A DNA stretch of 57,405 nt from the IMG/VR virus record IMGVR_UViG_3300036834_000217, positions 1 through 57,405 of that record, one strand, 5' to 3'. Of this stretch, positions 26,004 to 35,077 are shown piece by piece. Under the pieces are notes generated by a model. That model saw only the letters and a list, made by a program, of their open reading frames with translations. It was not told the origin of the DNA and ran no database searches. Position 1 is the first letter of the stretch; every line of letters starts with the position of its first letter. Made by a program: the position numbers and the translations under genes. Origin of the DNA: a virus. Lineage: Duplodnaviria > Caudoviricetes.

Positions 26004-26225
26004 GTGATGTTAGGACTTACCGTGAGGGGACTGATCAACCTCCTGAATCTGGGCTGGCACGTCGAGGTGGAGAGGCCGACCGAGGAGGACAAGATGGAGC
26101 GCCGATCACCCTCGATGAGTGTGTGGTATCTCGGTTCTCCTGATCGGATCTCCTTCCAGAGGAAGGGCGACGGGGATGTTGAATTTGGAGTCGTGATGGA
26201 TAGCAAGCGCGATACCCCCGACTAG
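26004..26225 (+). CDS. Hypothetical protein between the two polymerase halves
   Basis: 73-aa ORF with GAGGAG RBS. Confidence 0.4.
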   Translation: MMLGLTVRGLINLLNLGWHVEVERPTEEDKMERRSPSMSVWYLGSPDRISFQRKGDGDVEFGVVMDSKRDTPD

Positions 26226-26239
26226 TAGTTGGGCCCGCA

Positions 26240-27628
26240 GTGACCTCTAGCCTCCTCGACGGATATCGGCTGCTCCACGACGGAGCCCTGGCCCTCGCCG
26301 AGGTAGAGCGGGCCGGCATCCGGATAGACGTCGAGTACTGCCGCGAGAAGGTGGCGTGGCTGGATGATCAGGCCCGGAGGTCGGACCGTCGCCTGCGGTC
26401 CAGCGCCCTCGGCCGCGCCTGGCTCGCGCGGTTCGAGGGATCCGCGTCGTGGGCCAGCGGCCCCCAGCTTCAGGCCGTCCTCTACGTCGACCTGGGGGTC
26501 AAGCCGTACAAGACGACCGAGGCCGGCATGGACTCCGTGGACGAGGAGGCACTCAGGCAGGCGGGGGTAGACGGCATCGACCACCTGCTCAGGCTGCGAT
26601 CCCTCAAGAAGATGGGGGACGTGCTGAAGCAGTTCCTCCGGTACCAGGTGGGTGGGTACCTATATCCTAACTATCACCTCCACACGGTCACCACGTATCG
26701 CAGCTCGTCGAGCGACCCGAACCTCCAGAACGTCCCAGTGCGCGACAAGGAGCAGATGGACGTCTGCCGAAGGGCCATCGTCCCCTCGCCGGGCAACGTG
26801 ATCCTGGAGGTGGATAAGAGCGGTATCGAGGTCTGCGTGGCGGCGTGCTACCACAGGGATCCGGCGATGCTGAGCTACCTCCGCGACCCGGGGGCTGACA
26901 TGCACGCCGACGCGGCGAAGCGGCTGTTCTTCCTCGACGCCAGCGTCCGCGACCTGAAGAGGCTGGCCGGGTTCTCGACCGTCCTGCGCCAGGCCGGCAA
27001 GAACGGGTTCATATTCCCTCAGTTCTACGGCGACTATTACGAGCCGTGCGCCCAGAACGTCGCGTGCGGCTGGTGCAAGCTGCCGAGGGTCGGTGATTGG
27101 ACGGACGACGACGGCCTGCCGCTCGACGGGGTCCCGATCGCCCGCCACCTGAGGCAGCACGACGTCCGCGGTCTGGTCGACTTCACGGAGCACGTGAGGC
27201 GGGTCGAGGACTGGCTGTGGCAGGAGCGCTTCCCGGTATATTACAAGTGGCGGCAGGACTGGTACGCGAGGTACCAGCGCCGCGGCAGCTTCCAGATGAA
27301 GACAGGGTTCGTGTGCGGTGGCGTAATGAGCAGGAACCAGGCGACGAACTACCCGGTCCAGGGCCCAGCCTTCCACCTGCTTCTGAGGACCCTGACCCTG
27401 GTGGTCGACCGGATTCGGGACTTCAAGAGCAGGGTAGTCGGTCAGATCCACGACTCCCTGCTGTTCGACGCCGATCCGGACGAGGTCCCGGCCCTGGTTG
27501 ATATGGTCCAGCGCATCGCCGCCGAGGAGCTGCCCCGGCTCTGGGACTGGATCATAGTCCCGCTGCGGGTCGAGGCGAAGGTGAGTGAGGTCGACGGGAG
27601 CTGGGCAGAGATGGTGGTGGTGGAGTGA
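26240..27628 (+). CDS. polA: DNA polymerase family A, polymerase domain
   Basis: 'T.RSSSSDPNLQNVP', motif A 'D.SGIEV', motif B 'RQAGK...F...YG', 'NYPVQG', motif C 'QIHDSL'. Confidence 0.9.
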   Translation: MTSSLLDGYRLLHDGALALAEVERAGIRIDVEYCREKVAWLDDQARRSDRRLRSSALGRAWLARFEGSASWASGPQLQAVLYVDLGVKPYKTTEAGMDSVDEEALRQAGVDGIDHLLRLRSLKKMGDVLKQFLRYQVGGYLYPNYHLHTVTTYRSSSSDPNLQNVPVRDKEQMDVCRRAIVPSPGNVILEVDKSGIEVCVAACYHRDPAMLSYLRDPGADMHADAAKRLFFLDASVRDLKRLAGFSTVLRQAGKNGFIFPQFYGDYYEPCAQNVACGWCKLPRVGDWTDDDGLPLDGVPIARHLRQHDVRGLVDFTEHVRRVEDWLWQERFPVYYKWRQDWYARYQRRGSFQMKTGFVCGGVMSRNQATNYPVQGPAFHLLLRTLTLVVDRIRDFKSRVVGQIHDSLLFDADPDEVPALVDMVQRIAAEELPRLWDWIIVPLRVEAKVSEVDGSWAEMVVVE

Positions 27629-27810
27629 TGCCCAGACCGTTCGACGTTCTCGATATCGTCAAGCACCGATTCCTCGACTGGGAGGGAATGGTCGTTGACA
27701 TCTATCCGGCGGAAGACTCGCCAACTGAGAGGGGATGTGCAGATGTCTTCGTTGAGGTAGGGCAGCGCATGGAGACGAGGGTGCCGATCGATTTCCTGGA
27801 AAAGAAATGA
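27625..27810 (+). CDS. Small hypothetical protein
   Basis: Coupled to neighbours on both sides. Confidence 0.45.
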   Translation: MMPRPFDVLDIVKHRFLDWEGMVVDIYPAEDSPTERGCADVFVEVGQRMETRVPIDFLEKK

Positions 27811-28739
27811 GCCTATATCAGAAGGTCCGCCCCACCTGCTTCGACGAAGTCGCGGGTAATGACGACGTCGTCAAGATCCTGACGGTCCTGACCGCGAAAC
27901 CAGAACCGCCCCACGCTTACTTGCTGACCGGCCCCGCGGGATGCGGCAAGACTACGCTGGGTCGCCTGATTGCGCTTGCCCTCGGCATCCGGTCGAACGA
28001 CGTCCTGACTCAGACCGGAGACTACCGCGAGTTGAATAACGCGAAGTTTCGAGGCATCGACACCATCCGGGAGATGGAGGACGGAGCCGGCTACGTGGGG
28101 CTGAACGGCCCCAGGAGGGTCTGGCTCCTCGACGAGGTGCACGGGCTCGGCAAGCTGCCACAGGACGCCCTGCTCAAGCTCCTGGAGGAGCCCCCATCCC
28201 ACGCCTACTTCATCCTGTGCACGACGATGCCCGAGGCACTGTCGGAGACGATGAGGAGCCGATGCTCGATTCATCGAGTATCGCCGCTCTCCGAGCAGCA
28301 CATGATTGCTCTCCTGCACAAGGTGGCCAAGGGAGAGGGTGAGCGCCTGCCGCGGCCACTGCTCGCGATGATACATGAGAAGACCGAGGGCAAGCCCCGC
28401 GCGGCAATCCAACTCCTTGAGAAGGTCCTCGCGGCGGGCCCGGACGGCAGGGACGCCGTCGTCAAGTCCGCCGAGGCGGTAAAGGAGAAGGTCGATGGTC
28501 TAGCCCGCGAGCTGATGCGACGCACCGGGTGGAAGGCCGTAGCCGCGATCCTGTCCCAGGTCGAGGAGGACGACGTCGAGTCGGTCCGCCGCGGCGTGAT
28601 CGGGTACTGCTCCGCCGTCCTCCTCAAGGGCGAGGATGACCGCGCGATGGCCATCTTGGATCAGATGATAGAACCATTCTTCCAGAGCGGGCGTGCTGGG
28701 CTGATCCACGCGGCCTACACGATCCTGAGTCAGGAGTAA
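27807..28739 (+). CDS. Clamp loader ATPase (DnaX gamma/tau-like)
   Basis: 'LYQKVRP..FDEVAG', GPAGCGKTT, 'LDEVH', 'ALLKLLEEPP', 'SRC'. Confidence 0.9.
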   Translation: MSLYQKVRPTCFDEVAGNDDVVKILTVLTAKPEPPHAYLLTGPAGCGKTTLGRLIALALGIRSNDVLTQTGDYRELNNAKFRGIDTIREMEDGAGYVGLNGPRRVWLLDEVHGLGKLPQDALLKLLEEPPSHAYFILCTTMPEALSETMRSRCSIHRVSPLSEQHMIALLHKVAKGEGERLPRPLLAMIHEKTEGKPRAAIQLLEKVLAAGPDGRDAVVKSAEAVKEKVDGLARELMRRTGWKAVAAILSQVEEDDVESVRRGVIGYCSAVLLKGEDDRAMAILDQMIEPFFQSGRAGLIHAAYTILSQE

Positions 28740-28753
28740 CGAAGGGACCTCCG

Positions 28754-29116
28754 ATGGGCACGAAGAATAACCCGGGAAAGTACGACTGCTACGCCAACGC
28801 CGCTTCGGACGAGGAGCTATTTACGCTGAGGGCCAAGGACAGGTACGCGCCTACGTTGATCTGGCTCTGGGCCGCGCTGCGCGAGCTGGACGGTGAGGAT
28901 GTCGACTGCGTGGCCGAGGCTCGCGCCTGCGCGGTCAAGATGCTCCAGTGGCAGGCGGAGCACGGGTTTAAGACCGTCGGCTTCGGGCAGGCTACCCTGG
29001 CTGGTGTCCTGGAGCTCATCCGCACCGTTAACGGTTTGATGAGAGATCCGATCAACGAGGGTACCGACCTGGAGGTCGTGCGCCGCTTCCTCGCCGAGAC
29101 TAAGTTAGAGATATGA
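28754..29116 (+). CDS. Hypothetical phage protein
   Basis: 'MGTKNNPGKYDCY..A..DE..F.L.A.D..AP'. Confidence 0.6.
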   Translation: MGTKNNPGKYDCYANAASDEELFTLRAKDRYAPTLIWLWAALRELDGEDVDCVAEARACAVKMLQWQAEHGFKTVGFGQATLAGVLELIRTVNGLMRDPINEGTDLEVVRRFLAETKLEI

Positions 29117-29688
29117 GCTACGAGGACGACATCGACATCGACGAGACCGCCATCGACGTCGAGTGGCTGGACCAGGCGAAGTTGATGAGGGAATACTGTA
29201 GGATCGAGGCCGAGGCCGGCAGGACGATGGATCTGGCGAAGGAGAACGTCGACTTCGTCTGGGCTACCATCGAGAGGGTTATCCGGGCAACGCCGGCGCA
29301 GTACGGTGTTACCCCCGGCTCGCGCGGCATTACGGAGGACTCGATTAAGGCCGCCATTCAGATCCACCCACAGTATCAGGCGGCCGTCCGTGCCCACATC
29401 GACGCGAAGTACGAGTACGGGGTCGCCAAGGGGACGGTGCGCGCGTTCGACCACCGCAAGTCCTCCCTGGAGCGTCTAGTCCAGCTCCACGGCCAGTCGT
29501 ACTTCTCCGGTCCGTCCGTGCCGCGCAATCTCCGCGAGGAGCGCGAGCGCCGCGACGCCGCCGTGCAGAGGAAGGTCCGGATAGGAGGAAGAGGCGCGAT
29601 CGGGCGGTCCGTCGACGTGTCGACTGGCCCCGAGCAGGTGGACCTGGACGAGCAGACTAGACGCCCGCCGTTGACCAGGAGGAGGTAG
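29113..29688 (+). CDS. Helical protein, possibly a UvsY-like recombination mediator
   Basis: 'DIDIDE..ID.EW..Q', 'TE..IK..I...P.Y', 'AF.HRK..L..L'; upstream of SSB and RecA. Confidence 0.5.
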   Translation: MSYEDDIDIDETAIDVEWLDQAKLMREYCRIEAEAGRTMDLAKENVDFVWATIERVIRATPAQYGVTPGSRGITEDSIKAAIQIHPQYQAAVRAHIDAKYEYGVAKGTVRAFDHRKSSLERLVQLHGQSYFSGPSVPRNLREERERRDAAVQRKVRIGGRGAIGRSVDVSTGPEQVDLDEQTRRPPLTRRR

Positions 29689-29845
29689 AGTCGCGTGGTC
29701 TGGTGGATCGTCGCCCTGCTAGTCGCCCTGTTGATACTGGGTGCGGCGCCGCCGTACCTCTATGTGGTCTGCAAGTTCGCCGGCGCCGGCTGGCTCGCCG
29801 GAATGCGGGCGTATATTAACCATCGAGGAAAGAGGGAGAAGTGAA

Positions 29846-30994
29846 TTGAGTAAGTCGTCTAGGAGGGGCAGCTTCCGCGGGAAGGTCTCCCGCAATGCCT
29901 CTCAGCAGAAGTCGAGGGCTGCCAACTACGGTCACCTGATCCTGCCGCGGGGCATCCCCATGTTCAAGGAGGATCCAGGCGGCCGGGTCGAGCTGGACAT
30001 CCTTCCCTACGAGGTGACCGACGAGCGTCACCCCGACCGCGACGACGAGGCAGAGGTGGCCGTCCCGGGCTCCCTGTGGTATCGGCGTCCATACAAGCTC
30101 CACCGGACGATCGGTACGGATAACAAGACGATCGTGTGCCCGGGCAGCGTGGGGAGGAAGTGCCCGATATGCGACCATCGCACCCATCTCCTGGAGGGCG
30201 GCGCCGACTGGCAGGAGAAGGTCGTCAAGGACCTGCGCCCGTCGAACCGCGACCTCTACGTCGTGCGGCCGCTGGGGAGTAAGAAGTTCGAGGAGAGGCC
30301 ACACATCTGGGACATCTCCCAGTTCTGCTTCCAGGATAAGCTCAACGATGAGCTGGAGGAGAACGACGAGTGGGAGGAGTTCCCGGACCTCGAACACGGC
30401 CTGACCCTGAAGATCCGGTTCAGCGAGGAGAAGATCGGGTCTAACTCGTTCGCCGAGACCAGCCGGATCGACTTCGAGCCGCGGAAGTACAAGTACGGGG
30501 ACGCGATACTGAGAGAGGTCCCCAACCTCGACGAGGTCCTCGACCTGAAGGACTACGACGAGGTCGAGCGCCTGTTCTTCGAGTCCGAGCCCGGCGACTC
30601 GGCGGACCCCCAGGCCGAGATCACCCGGCCCCGGGCCGAGCGCCCCGCGACCAGGTCCAGGTCCCGCGATGGAGATGAGTCCGGCGAGTCTCCCACCGTC
30701 GTGAGCATGCCCCCCAGGCGCAACGGTCGGGAGCGAGAGGAGCCAGCGGACCGCCGCCGCCCCGACCGGGGTCGCCCGGATCCGGATGCCCGGGACGGAG
30801 GGGACGTGGTGACGACTATTGCGTCGCGCCCGTCCCGGGAGAAGGCCAAGCCCACTCCTCCATCCGAGAGTGAAAGCGCGGCCGACGGGGAGTGCCCTCA
30901 CGGCCACCGCTTCGGCGTCGACACCGACGCCAAGCCGGAGTGCGGCGAGTGCAAGGTATGGGACGAATGCATGGACGCTCGCGACGAGAGGTGA
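29846..30994 (+). CDS. Single-stranded DNA-binding protein (gp32-like)
   Basis: 'H..IG.....VCP...G.KCPIC', 'F.DLE.G.TL.IRF', acidic low-complexity tail with a terminal Cys cluster; TTG start after GGGAG. Confidence 0.65.
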   Translation: MSKSSRRGSFRGKVSRNASQQKSRAANYGHLILPRGIPMFKEDPGGRVELDILPYEVTDERHPDRDDEAEVAVPGSLWYRRPYKLHRTIGTDNKTIVCPGSVGRKCPICDHRTHLLEGGADWQEKVVKDLRPSNRDLYVVRPLGSKKFEERPHIWDISQFCFQDKLNDELEENDEWEEFPDLEHGLTLKIRFSEEKIGSNSFAETSRIDFEPRKYKYGDAILREVPNLDEVLDLKDYDEVERLFFESEPGDSADPQAEITRPRAERPATRSRSRDGDESGESPTVVSMPPRRNGREREEPADRRRPDRGRPDPDARDGGDVVTTIASRPSREKAKPTPPSESESAADGECPHGHRFGVDTDAKPECGECKVWDECMDARDER

Positions 30995-31031
30995 CTACTT
31001 CGTCCTCCCACCAGACGCCGTACCGACGGGG

Positions 31032-32123
31032 ATGCGCCAGGGTCGTGGCCGAGGACCGCCGATCGTGCTGAGGAGGCGCTCTCCTCCCCCCGGCGAGCCC
31101 CTGTCGAGTCAGGTGGCCAGCAGGCTCGCCCGCGTCCCGCAGAGGGCTCCTCCCCCGTTACCCAACGCCAAGGTGGTCTCGACCGGGTCCACGCTCCTCG
31201 ACCTGGCAATATCGGGGTGGGTCTATACCAACGGCGGCATCCCCCCGGGAATCATGGTGGAGATGTTCGGGCCGCCCGGCGCGGGCAAGACGGTGGTGAT
31301 GTGCGAGATGGCGGGTAACGTCCAGCGCGCCGGCGGGAAGGTCCTGTTCGACGACCCGGAGGGACGGCTGAACGCCCAGTTCGCGTCGCTGTTCGCCTTC
31401 GACGTCTCCCGAGCTGCGTACGGACGACCTGATACGGTCACCGAGATGTTCAAGTCCATTCGCGCGTGGAGGCCGATCTCTAAGGGGATCAACGCGGTGT
31501 TCGCCGACTCCCTGGCCGCCCTGTCGACCGACCTAGAGATGAAGAAGGGCGACAAGATGGGCCAGCGCCGAGCCAAGGAGTTCTCAGAGCAGCTCCGCGT
31601 GACCTGTCGAGAGCTGGTCAAGCGCAACCTCCTGCTGGTCTGCTCGAACCAGGTGCGGTCGAACCCGGACGCGGGGAAGTTCGGGGAGAAGTACGCGACG
31701 TCGGGCGGGCTGGCGATTCCCCACTATTCGTCCCTGCGCCTGAGGTTCAATAGACCCATGAAGACGCCGCGGGAGATCACGGTTAGGGGCAAGGAGTACG
31801 TGCGGGTCGTGGGTGTGCACACGAAGGTCGACGTCTACAAGAGCTCAGTGGGGCAGCCGCACTACTCGGCTCCCCTCCACATCGTCTACGACTACGGAAT
31901 CGACGACGTCCGGGCTAATCTAGAATACGTCAAGGAGAAGGTGGGAGGCGCCAGCTATCGGGTCGATGATGGCCATCGGCTCGACCAGGGCCTGGATCGC
32001 AGCATCAGGATGGTAGAGGAGGGGGAGTTGGAGCCTCGCCTGAGGGCATATACTGCCCAGGTGTGGAGAGAGTTCGAATCGAAGTTCAAGGTAGAGCGTC
32101 CCGCCAAGAGACGGGTGTGGTGA
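31032..32123 (+). CDS. recA: RecA/UvsX-like recombinase (start uncertain)
   Basis: 'STGSTLLDLAI.G...GGIP.G..VE.FGP.GAGKT', 'DSLAAL', 'NQVR', 'GG.A..HYSS.R'. Confidence 0.85.
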   Translation: MRQGRGRGPPIVLRRRSPPPGEPLSSQVASRLARVPQRAPPPLPNAKVVSTGSTLLDLAISGWVYTNGGIPPGIMVEMFGPPGAGKTVVMCEMAGNVQRAGGKVLFDDPEGRLNAQFASLFAFDVSRAAYGRPDTVTEMFKSIRAWRPISKGINAVFADSLAALSTDLEMKKGDKMGQRRAKEFSEQLRVTCRELVKRNLLLVCSNQVRSNPDAGKFGEKYATSGGLAIPHYSSLRLRFNRPMKTPREITVRGKEYVRVVGVHTKVDVYKSSVGQPHYSAPLHIVYDYGIDDVRANLEYVKEKVGGASYRVDDGHRLDQGLDRSIRMVEEGELEPRLRAYTAQVWREFESKFKVERPAKRRVW

Positions 32124-32398
32124 CGTGGAGCGTATAGAGATCAGGGAGGAGATGCGTGAGAAGGCGTAGCGTGCCTCCCGAGCCGCCCGCGGGGAAGCCG
32201 TCCCCCGAGTCAGGCATGACGACCGATCGCGCCTCTGCCCAGCCCGGCAAGCGGTACGTCGTCGAGCGCTGCTCGGGGGGCGGCGACCGCGCCATCTACG
32301 CCGTGAACGCCCTGACGACCCTGTCGACCGTTGCGCTGGCCACCGGGTCGGTCAGAGCCATACCCATGTCGCCGCGGCGCTGGAAAAAATAGGATAGA

Positions 32399-32926
32399 TT
32401 GATGGATTCGACGACGAGGCTGATGAGACTAGAGAGGCTGATGCCCTGGCCCTGGAAGCGAGTGCTCGCAGAGGTGCAGGTCGTGTGGCCAGAGGCCGTG
32501 ATCGCCGGCGGAGCCCTTCGCGACTACGACCACGGGAGGGGAGTTAAAGATGTGGACATCTTCGTCCCGCCCCGAGTGCCGGGCGAGGTCGAGCGGCTGT
32601 TTCCCGACGCGAATAAGTGCGAACTGAATGGAGATGCGGCCTTCTACTTCGGCTCCGACGTTCTGTACCACTATACTTTCACCCGCTTCGGGTGGTTGTT
32701 CGAGATCACCTTCAAGGGTGACCTAGATGGCCTGCTCGACTCGATGGACGTCGGGTTGTGTCTCGTGAAGTACGACGGCGGGGAGATCGTCGCCGAGCCG
32801 GAGTACCACGAGGACAGCGAGGGTAAGACGCTGTCCCTCCTGCGCCGGACCGGGGGCGAGATGGACCACGTGGCCAGGCTCGCCCTGAAGTACCCCGATT
32901 TTGAGGTGGTAGACAGGACCAAATGA
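32399..32926 (+). CDS. Nucleotidyltransferase (CCA/poly(A)-polymerase head-like)
   Basis: 'IAGGALRD......KDVDIF' signature. Confidence 0.65.
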   Translation: MMDSTTRLMRLERLMPWPWKRVLAEVQVVWPEAVIAGGALRDYDHGRGVKDVDIFVPPRVPGEVERLFPDANKCELNGDAAFYFGSDVLYHYTFTRFGWLFEITFKGDLDGLLDSMDVGLCLVKYDGGEIVAEPEYHEDSEGKTLSLLRRTGGEMDHVARLALKYPDFEVVDRTK

Positions 32927-33432
32927 GGCCGGGTGGGGGAGGTCCGAAGGGCGGCGCGTTCGAGCGCCGGGTGTGCAAGCAGCTCTCCCTGTGGGTCTCG
33001 AACGGCGTCAGCGACTCCCTGTTCTGGAGGAGCGCCATGTCCGGGGGACGCGCCACAATCCAGCTCAGGAGGGGAAAGGTGAATGTCCGGCAGTCCGGCG
33101 ACATCTGCGCGATCGATCCGATGGGCTACCCCTTCGTGGAGGAGAACTTCACGGAGCTGAAGCACTACAATAACCTGGGCATCGACCGCGCATTCGTGTG
33201 CCGGACTGGTACCCTCGCCAACTTCTGGAGGCACGCGCGCCGCGAGGCCACCAAGTACGGCAAGCGCCCGCTGCTCGTCGCTCTCCAGAACTTCTACCCG
33301 ACCCTGGCGATCACCGATGCCGACGCCGGTATATTCGACGACGACCCGATGATCGAGCTGCGCAATTGGGGCGCGCGGGTTTATCTATTCGACGAGGTCA
33401 CCAGGGTCAAGTTAGTCAGGAGGGCGAGTTGA
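32923..33432 (+). CDS. Holliday junction resolvase (PD-(D/E)xK, Hjc-like)
   Basis: 'KG.AFER.VCK.LS.W', 'RSAMSGG', 'GDI', 'ELKHY'. Confidence 0.75.
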   Translation: MRPGGGGPKGGAFERRVCKQLSLWVSNGVSDSLFWRSAMSGGRATIQLRRGKVNVRQSGDICAIDPMGYPFVEENFTELKHYNNLGIDRAFVCRTGTLANFWRHARREATKYGKRPLLVALQNFYPTLAITDADAGIFDDDPMIELRNWGARVYLFDEVTRVKLVRRAS

Positions 33433-33833
33433 TGTCGGATAATCGGCTTGAAGAATTTCTGAGTTCTGGGTCGCGGCGCAGGCCCCGACCGCACGTTGCC
33501 CCCAACGTCGAGGCTGCGCGACTTTGCGATGCCTGCGCCATATTTCATCGTCGATACACGTTCCAAGTCGGCGACTTCATAGTTATCAAGCGAGGTATTC
33601 GGATCGAGAGTACGCGCGGCGAGGGCAGCGAGCCCGTGTACGTCGTGTTGGACTTCTTCCCCGACGCCGAGATGATCTTGAACCCGGAGAATCCGATGAG
33701 CTACGGCCTCTGCTACGACCTCCTCATCGGACACTACGACGAGGACGGGGACTTCATATTCAGTCCGATGGACTCGCGCCGTGTAGAGCCGTGGCCGCGC
33801 CGCTCGGACGCCAAGAAGGAAAGCTTTTCGTGA
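33432..33833 (+). CDS. Hypothetical protein
   Basis: ATG coupled to the resolvase stop; 133 aa. Confidence 0.55.
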   Translation: MSDNRLEEFLSSGSRRRPRPHVAPNVEAARLCDACAIFHRRYTFQVGDFIVIKRGIRIESTRGEGSEPVYVVLDFFPDAEMILNPENPMSYGLCYDLLIGHYDEDGDFIFSPMDSRRVEPWPRRSDAKKESFS

Positions 33834-34153
33834 CTGAGTGGGCACATAATCGCCCCTCAAACGACCAGCCGATGGGGGATCCCGCGGAGCGAGAGGATAG
33901 GAAGGTCTCATGAAACATTACGCGTGCAGTAACTGCCAACCTTGAGGTAATATAACCGAGCGAGAGGAAAGGAAGGGGGTCGCGTGAGTGAGGAGGAACG
34001 GCGAGCGGCAGAGGAAGACCGGGCCGAGCTTCAGATGTATCGAGAGGCAGCCCTATATGATGCCTGCATGGGCGGCGCCGTATTCAAGGGGTGGAATCGC
34101 TCAGCGCTTGATCGAGCACGCAAAGTGAGTGAGCGGCGGAAGGAGAGCGCGGC

Positions 34154-34411
34154 ATGAGCCAAAACCTGATCGAGACGGTAGGGCTGGCTCTTTACGAGCA
34201 ATGGCGTAATGAAATTCAACCGCCAGCGGATGAGCCGTGGGAAGATGCGCTGCCGGAATGTCAGCAGACATGGAAATTGAGAGGTAAAGCCGCGTTCCTC
34301 GCCGTCCTGGATACGATATGCGAGCCCATGCCTACCTGGAACAAACAAACAGGGGATCTGTGGCGCGGCTGTATCGCTGACCTGCGCGCCGAGATCGAGA
34401 GAGCGGCATGA
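34154..34411 (+). CDS. Hypothetical protein
   Basis: AGGAG RBS; coupled ORFs. Confidence 0.5.
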   Translation: MSQNLIETVGLALYEQWRNEIQPPADEPWEDALPECQQTWKLRGKAAFLAVLDTICEPMPTWNKQTGDLWRGCIADLRAEIERAA

Positions 34412-34629
34412 GTGAATATCGAGAATGGGCGCGTCGCGCCGCCGTTCGCCGAAGCTTAACGCCAGAAGCATGCTGGATGGTGTACCGAGAGTGCATCCTG
34501 AGCATTGATGATGCCGAAAACCTTTATGACCTAGCTCGGTGCGGTGGGTCCGGTCTAGGATGGGGTCCGATTGTCCGCGAATGGTGCAACATGACCGGCA
34601 AGCTCGAAATCTGGCTCGCTGCGGCATGA
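34408..34629 (+). CDS. Hypothetical protein
   Basis: ATGA overlap with the upstream gene. Confidence 0.45.
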   Translation: MSEYREWARRAAVRRSLTPEACWMVYRECILSIDDAENLYDLARCGGSGLGWGPIVREWCNMTGKLEIWLAAA

Positions 34630-34659
34630 CTGAGCCGAGCGAGAGGAAAGGAAGGTCCG

Positions 34660-35076
34660 ATGAAAGCTATTCTTCTTATCGTCTTCGCGATAACGACCGC
34701 AGCGCACGCGGATGAATATGTGCGCTGCTTCTATGAACTTCCGGAGTTAGGGACGATGTCATTTGTCGAGAGAGCCGACGATGTCCAGAGATGGTTAGAT
34801 GCCAAGCGAGCCGATCACTCAATCCCAGATTGGGACTCGAAGCCGCGCTGCGAGCCGTTGGACCTAACCCCTGTCTATCACCTGCTAACTCGGGCCGCGA
34901 ATGGAACTGTCTCTCTTCAGAGCGGACTTACCGAGGATGCATGCCAGACCATAAGTCATCGGCTGACCGATCCTCCGTGCTCTGATAGCTGCTCTTGGAT
35001 AGAGCAACCGGGGGGACATCCGCACTGCGCAATGCTTCAAATGATCGAGGCGGGGTGGATGATTCGGGTACCCTGA
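34660..35076 (+). CDS. Hypothetical exported Cys-containing protein
   Basis: Signal-peptide-like MKAILLIVFAITTAAHA-D. Confidence 0.5.
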   Translation: MKAILLIVFAITTAAHADEYVRCFYELPELGTMSFVERADDVQRWLDAKRADHSIPDWDSKPRCEPLDLTPVYHLLTRAANGTVSLQSGLTEDACQTISHRLTDPPCSDSCSWIEQPGGHPHCAMLQMIEAGWMIRVP

Positions 35077-35077
35077 T

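Larger units (their letters stand above)
33887..34655 (+). repeat. Direct repeats CCGAGCGAGAGGAAAGGAAGG (33956-33976, 34635-34655; variant 33887-33905) bracketing small genes
   Basis: Two exact 21-bp copies plus one near copy, each just upstream of a start codon. Confidence 0.75.

Noticed and set aside
34632-34643. GAGCCGAGCGAG resembling a TIGR edge repeat plus spacer
   Set aside because: No loop repeat or 36-nt periodicity; it is part of the RBS-associated direct repeat.
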